A stretch of 64,000 nucleotides of DNA from an uncultured delta proteobacterium (GCA_963787125.1 CAWBBV010000006.1:160001-224000); one strand, 5' to 3'. Positions 38,263 through 48,733 are shown, counted from the first letter of the stretch. Numbers and translations: made by a program. The notes: generated by a model not told the origin, from the sequence alone.

Positions 38263-39093
38263 ATGCCAGCTAAAATCTCTGCCGTTATGATTGCCTGCAC
38301 GCTGTTTTTCACCGCAGCCGTGGCAGTCAATGCCGAAATCGTCACCGTTGGCGGTTCCGGCGGCATGATACCTTTGCTGACGACCCTCGGCGAGGCTTAT
38401 ATGAAAAAGCATCCACAGGATGAGATCCAGGTAAACCCTAACTCCCTTACCCAGTCAGGGGGAATTCTGGCGGCGAAGACCGGCGCAGTGGACATCGGCA
38501 TGTCGGCCCGCCAACTGGATGCAAGAGAACTGAGCTACAGTGTAGACAGTTATCATATTGCTGATGTGGCGGCCGGTGTGGCGGTTCACAGCAATGTGAC
38601 GGTCAAGACCATTACGTCAAAACAGCTGTGCGCTATTTACTCGGGGAAAATTCACAACTGGCGGGAGCTCGGCGGTCACGATGCCAAAATTGTTGTTTTT
38701 ACCAGACCTGACAGTGACTCGACCAAACAGGCGTTTCGTCAGGCAATCCCCTGTTTCAACGAACTGAGAGAAACACCTGAAGTCATCAGCATGTTCACCT
38801 CCAATGCCATGTTAGCCGTGCTGCAGCGAACACCTGATTCTATCGGCATTATCGACTCAATTGCCCTTGAACAGTCCCGCGGCAGGGCCCGCCTGCTCAG
38901 GCTTGACGGCAAAAGTGCCACGGCTGAAGAAGTAGCCGGCGGTCGCTGGCCGATAATCAAAAGATATACGCTGGTACTCGGGAAAGACCGCAGCAAAGCC
39001 GTTGACCGCTTCATGCGCTTTATCAAGTCCCGGGAAGGAGCCGCCCTGATCAGCAAACATAACAGCCTCCCGATTACTTTTCCCTACCCTTGA
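38263..39093 (+). CDS. PstS-like periplasmic substrate-binding protein (no ABC partners adjacent)
   Basis: VGGSG, DIGMSAR, IYSGKIHNWRELGG, TRPDSDST. Confidence 0.8.
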   Translation: MPAKISAVMIACTLFFTAAVAVNAEIVTVGGSGGMIPLLTTLGEAYMKKHPQDEIQVNPNSLTQSGGILAAKTGAVDIGMSARQLDARELSYSVDSYHIADVAAGVAVHSNVTVKTITSKQLCAIYSGKIHNWRELGGHDAKIVVFTRPDSDSTKQAFRQAIPCFNELRETPEVISMFTSNAMLAVLQRTPDSIGIIDSIALEQSRGRARLLRLDGKSATAEEVAGGRWPIIKRYTLVLGKDRSKAVDRFMRFIKSREGAALISKHNSLPITFPYP

Positions 39094-39131
39094 CAAGGAG
39101 GATATAACTCATCGTTGTGGTCGTTTTACGA

Positions 39132-39539
39132 CTACCTGACCGTTATACCCGCCGCATATAGTGCATACTTTCTATCCTCTTCCAGCACATGGTGTAAAAG
39201 CCATTTGCCGATAAAGACGATCAGCTCCTTGGTCAACTCCAGCTGATTCGTGTGACGAATCCGCTTCATCTCCTCCATCTTGAAAACAAAATTGTTATGC
39301 CTCTCGACATGATCGTCAACCTCAAAATATTCAATCCGGCGCATATACTCCTCTTCCGCCTTGAAATGATATTCGGTGTAGGCAAGCAATTCATCAAGCT
39401 TGGGGCTGACACAATTCTCGTTGTCAACATCGAGACACTCAGCGTACAAACGATTAAGAATTGAAATCAGCTTTTTGTGATGGCTGTCCAACTCCTCATT
39501 ATTGACTGAAAAATCATCATTCCAGGACATGAGCGGCAT
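39132..39539 (-). CDS. Bacteriohemerythrin
   Basis: W...DSHHKKL, HFKAEE, HVERH, WLLHHVLEED; SD GGAG before ATG 39539. Confidence 0.92.
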   Translation of the reverse strand: MPLMSWNDDFSVNNEELDSHHKKLISILNRLYAECLDVDNENCVSPKLDELLAYTEYHFKAEEEYMRRIEYFEVDDHVERHNNFVFKMEEMKRIRHTNQLELTKELIVFIGKWLLHHVLEEDRKYALYAAGITVR

Positions 39540-39720
39540 AGTCTCTTCTCCATGATTGCAGATTACCGAAACAGTGAAAACATTTGCAACGGTCTTAAAA
39601 AGGGTGACATCCGTAGACTGACAAACCTTATGGAACGTATTGCGAATTCTTTTCAGTTTATCGGCGCTCAACATAATTCAACTTGCGAACCTAAAAAGCC
39701 CGACACAGCCGGGATAAAAA

Positions 39721-40101
39721 TCATTTGGTCAGCGGAAGAGCTTTTACAGGTTCACTGGTAATCGATCTTTCGATATTTGCACTTTTATCCCCATAAACTA
39801 CAGTGCAGTTGGTGCTGAACGGAAAATACCAATATCCGGTTTCACCGATCAGTTCTACGGTGTTGATGTTACCGTTAGCCGCAGCTGTTATTATTGAACC
39901 ATCTCCGAAAATGGGAATGAAATAGAACATATTTAATGTACAGGATGACCCTTTTTTCATTGAAGTCAGATCAATAAATTTAATATTCTCAACTCCAACT
40001 GGAGTGTTGTCGGCATACCGCAATGTCTTGGCAAGATCCTTTGTACTTGTACAACCCGAAGTACCTAGTAAAATAGTTAAAACAGCCAGCAATTTTTTCA
40101 T
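39721..40101 (-). CDS. TRL-like family lipoprotein
   Basis: TSGC lipobox; KKGSSC...GDGSIITAA...CTVVYG. Confidence 0.75.
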   Translation of the reverse strand: MKKLLAVLTILLGTSGCTSTKDLAKTLRYADNTPVGVENIKFIDLTSMKKGSSCTLNMFYFIPIFGDGSIITAAANGNINTVELIGETGYWYFPFSTNCTVVYGDKSANIERSITSEPVKALPLTK

Positions 40102-40130
40102 ATCGATCCTCCTGTACCCTTTAGTCGTTG

Positions 40131-41946
40131 TGTCAAACTTCTTGACATGTCTTTTTGCTTTTCAGTTCTAATTTCAATGCATTACCAATCAAAGTCTTGC
40201 CTCCCCCCGTGATTCTGGTTAAGAATGCCAGTTATGGAGGGCTAGCTCATGTCGTACCTATCCAAAACTGCCCGGTTTGTTGTCTGGATTTGCTCCAAGT
40301 TTACAAAGACCGAGATTGAACAGATCGTCGTCGGGTTGTCAGATGTCCTCGAAAATCGTAATCCTGAAGTTAAGCCAAAGGACGATTTCAAAGAGAAACA
40401 TCCGAACTACAGAAACTTTATTGTCGATCCCAAGCCGCCACTGACTGAGCCCCCAAAGTTTAAAAAAAAGACCTCGATCAAAAAGACTACCGGCAACTCC
40501 TGATTGAGTACGAAACACTTCACGGAAAGTCTCTTGCTCCGGTCAAGCTCCGGGCGGGTTCATCACCGGTTCCAGTGCATGTCACCTGTCCCTGCTGCGG
40601 AGCGCCAAATACTTATCTCTACTTCAACGACGGAAAGAAGCGCTCTCAAGTTCTCTGCAAGGTTTGCTCTCAACTCTTCCAACTCCAACAGCGCTTCAGA
40701 ACCAACAGAAAGTCAAAGCTCTTCTGTCCCCATTGCGGGCTGGCTCTCTTCAGGTGGAAGTCGCAAAAGGAAGTGACCATCCACAAGTGCCCAAATGATA
40801 ACTGTCCTCACCGTATCCAGGCGCTTGCCAAGCTCAATAAAGCCGAGAAAGAGCTGATGAAAAAGAAAAGTTCTCAGTTCAAAATCAACTACCAGTACCG
40901 CGAATATCACTACAAACCGGAAGAGTTGGAACTCTCTTCTCCGGACAAACCGCCGGTCGAACTGGCGAGAATCCATAACAGCGAAAACGTGCTTGGCCTG
41001 ATTCTGACTTTCTATGTTTCATTCGCCGTTCCGGCCAGAAAAACTGCTCAAATCCTGCGCGAAGTCTTCTGTATCAAGGTTTCTCATCAGACAGTTCTCA
41101 ATTATGCCGCTGGCGCCGCCTGGCACTGCCACCGATTCAATCTCAAGCATAAAGGCCATATCGATAATATCTCTGCAGGTGATGAGACCTACATCAAGAT
41201 CCTGGGCAAGCACCATTATGTCTTCTTTTTTATCTCGGCAAAGAACCTGAAAATCTCCGCCTATCACGTGGCCGATAACAGGGGCACTCAGCCTGCCATT
41301 ATCGCTATGAATGAAGCCATCAGGACTGCTTCTGCCGATCAGCAAATAACCCTTGTCAGCGACGGAAACCCTTCTTATCCAGCTGGCATTCATTTCATCA
41401 ATGCCCAGACTGATGATTCCCAGACGATTCAGCACAAAAAGGTTATTGGCCTCCAAAACCTTGATGCCGAGTCCGAAGAGTACAGATCCTTCAAGCAGCT
41501 CGTTGAGCGGCTCAACAGAACCTTCAAGTATCATGTAAGGCCAGCAGCAGGATTCAACAGCACAAACGGTGCGGTATCTTTAACTACGCTGTTTGTGACC
41601 CACTACAACTTCCTCAGGCCTCACATGTCGCTAAAATATCTACCACCGGTGCCTTTGCAGGAGTTGAAGGCACTGCCGACCATTCAGGCTAGATGGACCA
41701 AGATCCTCTCGCTAGCTGCCTGACTTCCCGTCTTCAAAGATCAATTTACTGATTGTTGTTTTAATCTGACCAACTATCTCACGTGCCTGGTCACAGAGTG
41801 GCTTGCCCAAAATTCAAGCCAGTAACCACAAAGTAGTGAAGTCACAGTCTGGACAGACTCGGAAAAGATGCAGATGAAGGGCATCGTTTACTTTCGAGTA
41901 CTTTCCATTTCAATATCCCGGCTTTTCATGAAACTTTTGACACTAT
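40131..41946 (+). mobile_element. IS6-like DDE insertion sequence, copy 1
   Basis: Ends TGTCAAA... / ...TTTGACActat; flanked by CCCTTTAGTCGTTG; transposase with two zinc ribbons and GDETYIKILGK, VSDG, VERLNRTFK. Confidence 0.88.
40249..41723 (+). CDS. Transposase formed by a -1 frameshift joining orfA (40249-40503) and orfB
   Basis: TTTAAAAAAAAG at 40459-40470; the -1 frame is open (DLDQKDYRQLL...VHVTCPCCG) into the 382-aa ORF. Confidence 0.8.
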
Positions 41947-41960
41947 CCCTTTAGTCGTTG

Positions 41961-43776
41961 TGTCAAACTTCTTGACATGTCTTTTTGCTTTTCAGTTCTA
42001 ATTTCAATGCATTACCAATCAAAGTCTTGCCTCCCCCCGTGATTCTGGTTAAGAATGCCAGTTATGGAGGGCTAGCTCATGTCGTACCTATCCAAAACTG
42101 CCCGGTTTGTTGTCTGGATTTGCTCCAAGTTTACAAAGACCGAGATTGAACAGATCGTCGTCGGGTTGTCAGATGTCCTCGAAAATCGTAATCCTGAAGT
42201 TAAGCCAAAGGACGATTTCAAAGAGAAACATCCGAACTACAGAAACTTTATTGTCGATCCCAAGCCGCCACTGACTGAGCCCCCAAAGTTTAAAAAAAAG
42301 ACCTCGATCAAAAAGACTACCGGCAACTCCTGATTGAGTACGAAACACTTCACGGAAAGTCTCTTGCTCCGGTCAAGCTCCGGGCGGGTTCATCACCGGT
42401 TCCAGTGCATGTCACCTGTCCCTGCTGCGGAGCGCCAAATACTTATCTCTACTTCAACGACGGAAAGAAGCGCTCTCAAGTTCTCTGCAAGGTTTGCTCT
42501 CAACTCTTCCAACTCCAACAGCGCTTCAGAACCAACAGAAAGTCAAAGCTCTTCTGTCCCCATTGCGGGCTGGCTCTCTTCAGGTGGAAGTCGCAAAAGG
42601 AAGTGACCATCCACAAGTGCCCAAATGATAACTGTCCTCACCGTATCCAGGCGCTTGCCAAGCTCAATAAAGCCGAGAAAGAGCTGATGAAAAAGAAAAG
42701 TTCTCAGTTCAAAATCAACTACCAGTACCGCGAATATCACTACAAACCGGAAGAGTTGGAACTCTCTTCTCCGGACAAACCGCCGGTCGAACTGGCGAGA
42801 ATCCATAACAGCGAAAACGTGCTTGGCCTGATTCTGACTTTCTATGTTTCATTCGCCGTTCCGGCCAGAAAAACTGCTCAAATCCTGCGCGAAGTCTTCT
42901 GTATCAAGGTTTCTCATCAGACAGTTCTCAATTATGCCGCTGGCGCCGCCTGGCACTGCCACCGATTCAATCTCAAGCATAAAGGCCATATCGATAATAT
43001 CTCTGCAGGTGATGAGACCTACATCAAGATCCTGGGCAAGCACCATTATGTCTTCTTTTTTATCTCGGCAAAGAACCTGAAAATCTCCGCCTATCACGTG
43101 GCCGATAACAGGGGCACTCAGCCTGCCATTATCGCTATGAATGAAGCCATCAGGACTGCTTCTGCCGATCAGCAAATAACCCTTGTCAGCGACGGAAACC
43201 CTTCTTATCCAGCTGGCATTCATTTCATCAATGCCCAGACTGATGATTCCCAGACGATTCAGCACAAAAAGGTTATTGGCCTCCAAAACCTTGATGCCGA
43301 GTCCGAAGAGTACAGATCCTTCAAGCAGCTCGTTGAGCGGCTCAACAGAACCTTCAAGTATCATGTAAGGCCAGCAGCAGGATTCAACAGCACAAACGGT
43401 GCGGTATCTTTAACTACGCTGTTTGTGACCCACTACAACTTCCTCAGGCCTCACATGTCGCTAAAATATCTACCACCGGTGCCTTTGCAGGAGTTGAAGG
43501 CACTGCCGACCATTCAGGCTAGATGGACCAAGATCCTCTCGCTAGCTGCCTGACTTCCCGTCTTCAAAGATCAATTTACTGATTGTTGTTTTAATCTGAC
43601 CAACTATCTCACGTGCCTGGTCACAGAGTGGCTTGCCCAAAATTCAAGCCAGTAACCACAAAGTAGTGAAGTCACAGTCTGGACAGACTCGGAAAAGATG
43701 CAGATGAAGGGCATCGTTTACTTTCGAGTACTTTCCATTTCAATATCCCGGCTTTTCATGAAACTTTTGACACTAT
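41961..43776 (+). mobile_element. IS6-like DDE insertion sequence, copy 2 (tandem, apparently identical)
   Basis: Same sequence offset by 1830 bp; all ORF translations are identical. Confidence 0.88.
42079..43553 (+). CDS. Transposase (frameshift fusion), copy 2
   Basis: Identical to copy 1. Confidence 0.8.
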
Positions 43777-44000
43777 CCCTTTAGTCGTTGAAACGCACCC
43801 GGTGTAAAACAAGGACAATACTCACATTGATATTGGAATATTTTTATTGTAACGTCTCTTCGACAATTTGCAAGGTAACAGGACAGGTGGGCAGAATCGG
43901 CATGAATTACTGAAAAACAGAGTTGGTTGTTGAGTGACACCACATCGAGAGCGGATCTGTTTCATTACTAAATTCTGAACAAATTTGGAGAAACCAATTT

Positions 44001-44579
44001 ATGCAGAACTCATCGACTATTGTGCTGGGGACAATTATCTGCCTGACTATCACGGGCTGTGCCGACCTCCAATACCTTAATACTATTCACCTCTCAAAAA
44101 AGGAGGCCAAGTACATGGTTATTGATGACGGCAAAAGGTTTGTAATAATACCATTCAATGAAGACGCGGAGCAACTTCGCTATGCAAAATCAGTAGGCAG
44201 CATAATGAAAGGTTTCAGTTTAACGGTTGTCGACAGCTTTGTTGATATCGATGAAGCAAAAGTTGATCCGATGGGAAAAGAGTCAGATGATGCTACCCAA
44301 GTGGCATCATCCGGCGCTGGAAAGGAAGAAAAAATTTCCGGAAGTGACAATGATAAAGTTGCTGTCAATTCAACTGCTGCTGACAAAAAAACCGAATATT
44401 TTATTGAAACAATGGCTAATAAAGACGGTGACGGGACGGTAAAATTTATAAGAAGATATGACAAGACTGTCTTGGGAATATTCAGCATTTCTCCAGTCAG
44501 GTTTACTATGCGCCCCCAATTATATGCTGCCTTGGTAAAAATGAAATTGCTAACGGGCAGAAGAAGTCCATCGACCTGA
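44001..44579 (+). CDS. Hypothetical lipoprotein
   Basis: SD GGAG; ITGC lipobox. Confidence 0.7.
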   Translation: MQNSSTIVLGTIICLTITGCADLQYLNTIHLSKKEAKYMVIDDGKRFVIIPFNEDAEQLRYAKSVGSIMKGFSLTVVDSFVDIDEAKVDPMGKESDDATQVASSGAGKEEKISGSDNDKVAVNSTAADKKTEYFIETMANKDGDGTVKFIRRYDKTVLGIFSISPVRFTMRPQLYAALVKMKLLTGRRSPST

Positions 44580-44584
44580 GGTTT

Positions 44585-45547
44585 TTAGTTGCAGACCTGA
44601 TTTTTGCCGCTATTTTTTGCCCGCAAAAGAGCTGCATCCGCTGCCGCAATGATTGCCTCCTTTCTGCTGCCCGGAACTGCTTCAGCTACTCCGACAGAAA
44701 AGGTCAAATACGGCAGGGGATTGCCGTGATGATCTTCGATGCTCGCCTCCATTACCTCGCGCCGCAGTCTCTCGGCCATGATATTCGCTGTGACCGCTTC
44801 GATTTCGGGAAGGATAATAACGAATTCATCTCCACCAAAACGGGCAGCCAGAATCCCGGGCCGGCTGTTGTTGACGATCACCTGAGCCACGCCGTGAATG
44901 GCTCGGTCACCGGCCAGATGACCAAAACAGTCGTTGATCTCCTTGAAGTTGTCAAGATCGGCCATGATAAGCGATAACGGTTTACCGGCCATATTGCAGC
45001 GCACCAGCAACCTGTCGAGCATCTGATCGAACCAGTGGCGGTTATGCAGGCCGGTGAGTGAATCGATGGAACCGAACTGACGGTAATTATCAATCAGGTT
45101 CATCCGCTCTTCAATGATTCGATTGGCGTGGCGCAAGCGGTGAGTAAGGATGGTGAGAAGGTTACAGGCCGCAGCATGGGATACCTGCACCAGTGACCAG
45201 AGGAGCTCTTCCCTTATCTCTACAAGCCTGCAGAGCGAGTCCGCAACCACGTAAGCGGAGACGACGCCGCCATCAATCAGGGACATCTCCCCCAAAGTCT
45301 CCCCCGCCCCAAGGGTAGTAATCGGCTCATTGATCGTACTCCCCAGGTGAATCCGCACTGATCCCGAGATAATCACATAGAGAAAGGAATTCTTCTGTTC
45401 GGACGCCAACAGCAACTCGTTATTCGCTAACTCCCTGATGCGGCACTCCTTCAGAATACCTTCCACCGATTCAGGGGTAACAAAGCGTAATAGATTTGAG
45501 TTCAGCAGGGCAGCAACATCTTGTTCATTGAGTAGCAAACGATCCAC
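44585..45547 (-). CDS. cNMP-binding domain plus GGDEF diguanylate cyclase
   Basis: GETLGEMSL cNMP pattern; DLDNFKEINDCFGHLAGD; RFGGDEF. Confidence 0.93.
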   Translation of the reverse strand: MDRLLLNEQDVAALLNSNLLRFVTPESVEGILKECRIRELANNELLLASEQKNSFLYVIISGSVRIHLGSTINEPITTLGAGETLGEMSLIDGGVVSAYVVADSLCRLVEIREELLWSLVQVSHAAACNLLTILTHRLRHANRIIEERMNLIDNYRQFGSIDSLTGLHNRHWFDQMLDRLLVRCNMAGKPLSLIMADLDNFKEINDCFGHLAGDRAIHGVAQVIVNNSRPGILAARFGGDEFVIILPEIEAVTANIMAERLRREVMEASIEDHHGNPLPYLTFSVGVAEAVPGSRKEAIIAAADAALLRAKNSGKNQVCN

Positions 45548-45602
45548 AATTTACCCCCGTAAAAAATATCTCATCATCTTATACGTGTAGCCGCAGACAG
45601 GT

Positions 45603-46325
45603 CTACTTATCGCGTGCCTGACCGGGATTTGAGCCCCTTCTGGGCGGGTATCTGTGGGAGCGGTTTTTATTGCCTCCCCCCCTGGGCGCTTCTGCCTTTG
45701 GCCGCAACGAAGCGAGCAGCTCTTCTGCCCAGACGCTGTCGCCAAAACAGCACTCTGCGGCAACATAAGCGACATCGTCCGCTTGCGAACCTGCAGTCTT
45801 GACCTGCAGCAGTCGCTCGATCAAGGTTTGCGCCCAGTAGTACTCTCTGAGCACTTTTTTACCGTCGATTTCATCATAGGAGTAATCACTGCAAGGGATT
45901 CTGTTTTTCAGGGTCTCCCCGGAACAGCCGAGCACCTCGGCGGCCTGCTGCTGGGTGAACATACCGGCGCTGGACGCTTTGCGCACAATAACCTTGGCAC
46001 CTCCACCGGGCACGACCGGCCGCTGTTCGGCTGCGTGGCTGGCCAGCTGCGCCCTGAAATCGGCCTTTTCGGCTTCTTTCAATCCGGCAAAAGCAGCTTC
46101 CAGCGCCTGTTCCCCCAGATCACTGATTGCCAGAAAGCGGATAACCCCTTCGGTCAGAGTCAGGTTTGAAACAGTGACCTGTATGTCACAGTTGTCGGCA
46201 GAAAAGAGTTCCACCTGCTCTGCATCGGCAGTTTGAAGAACCACTGCCACAAGTGCAGCACGAAACGGACCCTCTTCCGGCCTGAAAGTGATCGTAGTAA
46301 CAATATTCTTTAACAGCTCAATCAT
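45603..46325 (-). CDS. Hypothetical protein
   Basis: Long ORF with a plausible ATG at 46325; short HTH-like segment QAAEVLGCS. Confidence 0.7.
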   Translation of the reverse strand: MIELLKNIVTTITFRPEEGPFRAALVAVVLQTADAEQVELFSADNCDIQVTVSNLTLTEGVIRFLAISDLGEQALEAAFAGLKEAEKADFRAQLASHAAEQRPVVPGGGAKVIVRKASSAGMFTQQQAAEVLGCSGETLKNRIPCSDYSYDEIDGKKVLREYYWAQTLIERLLQVKTAGSQADDVAYVAAECCFGDSVWAEELLASLRPKAEAPRGGGNKNRSHRYPPRRGSNPGQARDK

Positions 46326-46458
46326 CTGATGTACCCCATTTTCAGCAGTCCATGCGGACCTGCGGATTTGCACATATTACTGCGAATGTCGGTTATTTAC
46401 TGCATGGTAACACAAATAAACAGATAGTAATCGGTTACCACCAGACCTGCCAACTTAC

Positions 46459-46492
46459 AAAAAAAGAGCCCTGATTTCTCAGACCTCTTTTT
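46459..46492 (-). terminator. Intrinsic terminator downstream of the tRNA remnant
   Basis: AAAAAGAGccCTGA-TTTC-TCAGacCTCTTTTT hairpin; T7 tail on the minus strand. Confidence 0.7.
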
Positions 46493-46497
46493 ATAAT

Positions 46498-46558
46498 TGG
46501 TGCGAGGAATGGACCAGAACCATCACAAGGTTGCCCCCGCCAGCCCCTAAAAGCAGGC
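46498..46558 (-). pseudogene. Degenerate 3' portion of a tRNA-Leu-like gene (probable att-site remnant)
   Basis: Minus strand GCCTGCTTTTAGGGGCTGGCGGGGGCAACCTTGTGATGGTTCTGGTCCATTCCTCGCACCA: variable arm GGGGCAACC, GGTTC T-arm, ACCA end; no D-arm or 5' half. Confidence 0.7.
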
Positions 46559-46807
46559 GGGATAACCTTCTACGAGCCATTCTACAAAACCGTAAACTAG
46601 AAAAAGTCCTTGATCTTTGGCATAGTATCAATAGTATCGCTTCAGCAGTTTTCAACCTTTTCCAGCTGTTTCCAGCCCTGTTCAGTAAACAAAAAGAACA
46701 TGCTCCAGGTCAGCATATCTCCAGGAGCCAGGAAGATACTACGTCAAATCCAGAATAACCGACACTAGCAGAAGCTGGAACAATATACAATAACTGCATT
46801 GAGATGT

Positions 46808-47107
46808 TCAAGAGGGGCTTATGTCGCGAAACTTCCGAAAAGCGCCGATCAGGGCCAGGTTGTTGGCTTCGGTAGCTCCGCTGGTAAAGACAATTTCGCT
46901 CTCTTTACGACAGCCCAGCACCTTGGCAATAGTCTGCCGCGCCTCGTCAACAGCCTGTTTCGCCCAGGTTCCATGAAGATGATAGATACTGGCAGCATTG
47001 CCGTACACTTCGCAAAAATACGGCAGCATCTTCGCCAGCACCCACCTGTCTACCGGCATTGTAGCGTTGTGATCGAGATATATCGGCTCTTCCATTGTTC
47101 TTTTCAT
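46808..47107 (-). pseudogene. N-terminal fragment of a cysteine desulfurase (IscS/DndA type)
   Basis: IYLDHNAT.P...YGNAAS...EIVFTSGATEANNLAL, then truncated at 99 aa. Confidence 0.88.
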
Positions 47108-47223
47108 CTCCTCACCTGCATGAACTCAAAAACAAGCTCGCCTGGCGCTGTAAAATCATTTTGACAGATTACGATTTAGTGTTTAATGTAGTGCTTAATA
47201 AAGCATCAAATGTGAGGTGTTCC

Positions 47224-47502
47224 ATGTCCATCAGTCTCGCAGAAGACATCCGCTCGGTTACCGATCTGAAACGGCATACACGGGAAATTCTTGATCATAT
47301 TCACCGGTCAGGTCGGCCTACGGTGCTTACAGTCAATGGCCGGGCCGATGCGGTCATCATCGACGCCAAAGTCTACGAAAAGCAGCTCAAAGCAATGAAC
47401 CTCGCCCGCCTGTTGTCAGTAGCAGAGGAACAAGTTGCGAGCGGCCAGACTCGTCCGGCCCGCGCCTTTCTGACAGAGTTCAAGAATGCGCGTAACATAT
47501 AA
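47224..47502 (+). CDS. Phd/YefM antitoxin
   Basis: DIRSVTDLKR...GRPTVLTVNGRADAVI; SD GAGG before ATG 47224. Confidence 0.9.
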   Translation: MSISLAEDIRSVTDLKRHTREILDHIHRSGRPTVLTVNGRADAVIIDAKVYEKQLKAMNLARLLSVAEEQVASGQTRPARAFLTEFKNARNI

Positions 47503-47800
47503 CGTCGAAATCACCGCGGCTGCGGAGCGAGATGTTGAGGAGATCTGGATTTACATCGCCGACGACAGCCCGGAAAACGCCACTGCCTTTATACTGCGCC
47601 TTGAGGAGCAGATCGACACGCTTGAGCAGCTTCCCGAGCGCTGCCCGCTGATTCCGGAAAACGAACAGCTCGGTACATCCTATCGCCATCTGCTTCATGG
47701 AGCCTACCGCACCATCTTCCGTATAAACGGCAAGACCGTCTATATCCTGCGCATCATCCACGGCACCCGTCTGCTCGATTCATCCTGCTTCGAAAACTAA
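47486..47800 (+). CDS. RelE/ParE toxin
   Basis: AERDVEEIWIYIADDSPENA...PERCP...YRTIFRI...ILRIIHG. Confidence 0.9.
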   Translation: MRVTYNVEITAAAERDVEEIWIYIADDSPENATAFILRLEEQIDTLEQLPERCPLIPENEQLGTSYRHLLHGAYRTIFRINGKTVYILRIIHGTRLLDSSCFEN

Positions 47801-47809
47801 GAGCTAAAA

Positions 47810-48000
47810 ATCTCTTCAACCAGCCCTTATCAACTGGGCCAGATTCCACCCCCCGCACCCGGTTCACCAGCAGTTCAACACCGCGATTGATATGGGCATG
47901 GAAATAGTCTTCCAGTTCTTCAGGATCAATTTCCTTCTGATGACACCACTGCAGGAACAGCGACGTCAACACCGGTTCATGCTCGCCAAACAGGGTGGAG
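47810..48000 (-). pseudogene. dndE: C-terminal fragment of DndE (DNA phosphorothioation)
   Basis: TLFGEHEPVLTSLFLQWC...EDYFHAHINRGVELL resembles the DndE C-terminus; in-frame stop just upstream, N-terminus missing. Confidence 0.7.
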
Positions 48001-48137
48001 ACATGACAGCTTCAACTTGGCAACTTGGAACCCCGTGTCCCCTCGGAACTCCGGCCCCACTGTTGCCTTCTTGCCACTTGACATTTACCGTAGCCTGATG
48101 AATAGTTTATCAAATTTAAAACCTTTTGAGGTGTGTC

Positions 48138-48356
48138 ATGAGCCCAGCAAAATCGGCATGTGCCAAGGAACTCTTTCACGAGATCGAAACCACGCCGGAG
48201 GAGTATCTGCCGGCTCTTCTGGAAATTGTACGCGGATTCCGCCACGGCATTTTTTTGAAACCTGCGGACGAAAGTTTTCGCCAGGGTATACAGGAAGCGT
48301 TGCAAGGGAATACCTTACCGATATCTGAATTATGGAAGGGCATCGATGCCCGCTGA
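48138..48356 (+). CDS. Putative antitoxin
   Basis: ESFRQGIQEALQGNTLPISELWKGID tail; overlaps the downstream toxin. Confidence 0.75.
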   Translation: MSPAKSACAKELFHEIETTPEEYLPALLEIVRGFRHGIFLKPADESFRQGIQEALQGNTLPISELWKGIDAR

Positions 48357-48690
48357 TTCGGTCTGCATCTCGTTTACCTTCGAATTCAAGCGCAACCTGC
48401 GTGCGCTTGCCAAGAAATACCGCTCCATCCGCACCGACATTCAGCCCCTCATAGACCAACTTAATACCGGCATGCTACCCGGTGATCAAGTCCCTGGCAT
48501 CAGCCTGACTATCTTCAAAGTACGCCTTCAAAACAGTGACATTCAAAAAGGGAAGCGTTCCGGTTACCGTTGCATCTACTATCTCAAAACCCGAAACGAC
48601 ATTATTCTGATTACCGTCTACTCCAAGGCTGAGCAATCAGACGTAACTGCGGCAAGAGTACACACTATCCTCCAAGAAATGGGAAAGTAG
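48346..48690 (+). CDS. RelE-family toxin
   Basis: FKRNLRALAKKYRSI...FKVRLQNSDIQKGKRSGYRCIYY...ITVYSK. Confidence 0.88.
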   Translation: MPADSVCISFTFEFKRNLRALAKKYRSIRTDIQPLIDQLNTGMLPGDQVPGISLTIFKVRLQNSDIQKGKRSGYRCIYYLKTRNDIILITVYSKAEQSDVTAARVHTILQEMGK

Positions 48691-48733
48691 TTTCCGCCAT
48701 GAAAGTTCTCACCCCTAGGCCGACATAACTGTT

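Noticed and set aside
44880..44960. Hypr-type GGDEF (cyclic AMP-GMP synthase)
   Set aside because: The specificity position is Asp (GHLAGD), as in canonical diguanylate cyclases, not Ser.
46498..46590. Functional tRNA gene
   Set aside because: No 5' acceptor strand or D-arm; T-loop and anticodon stem are mutated.
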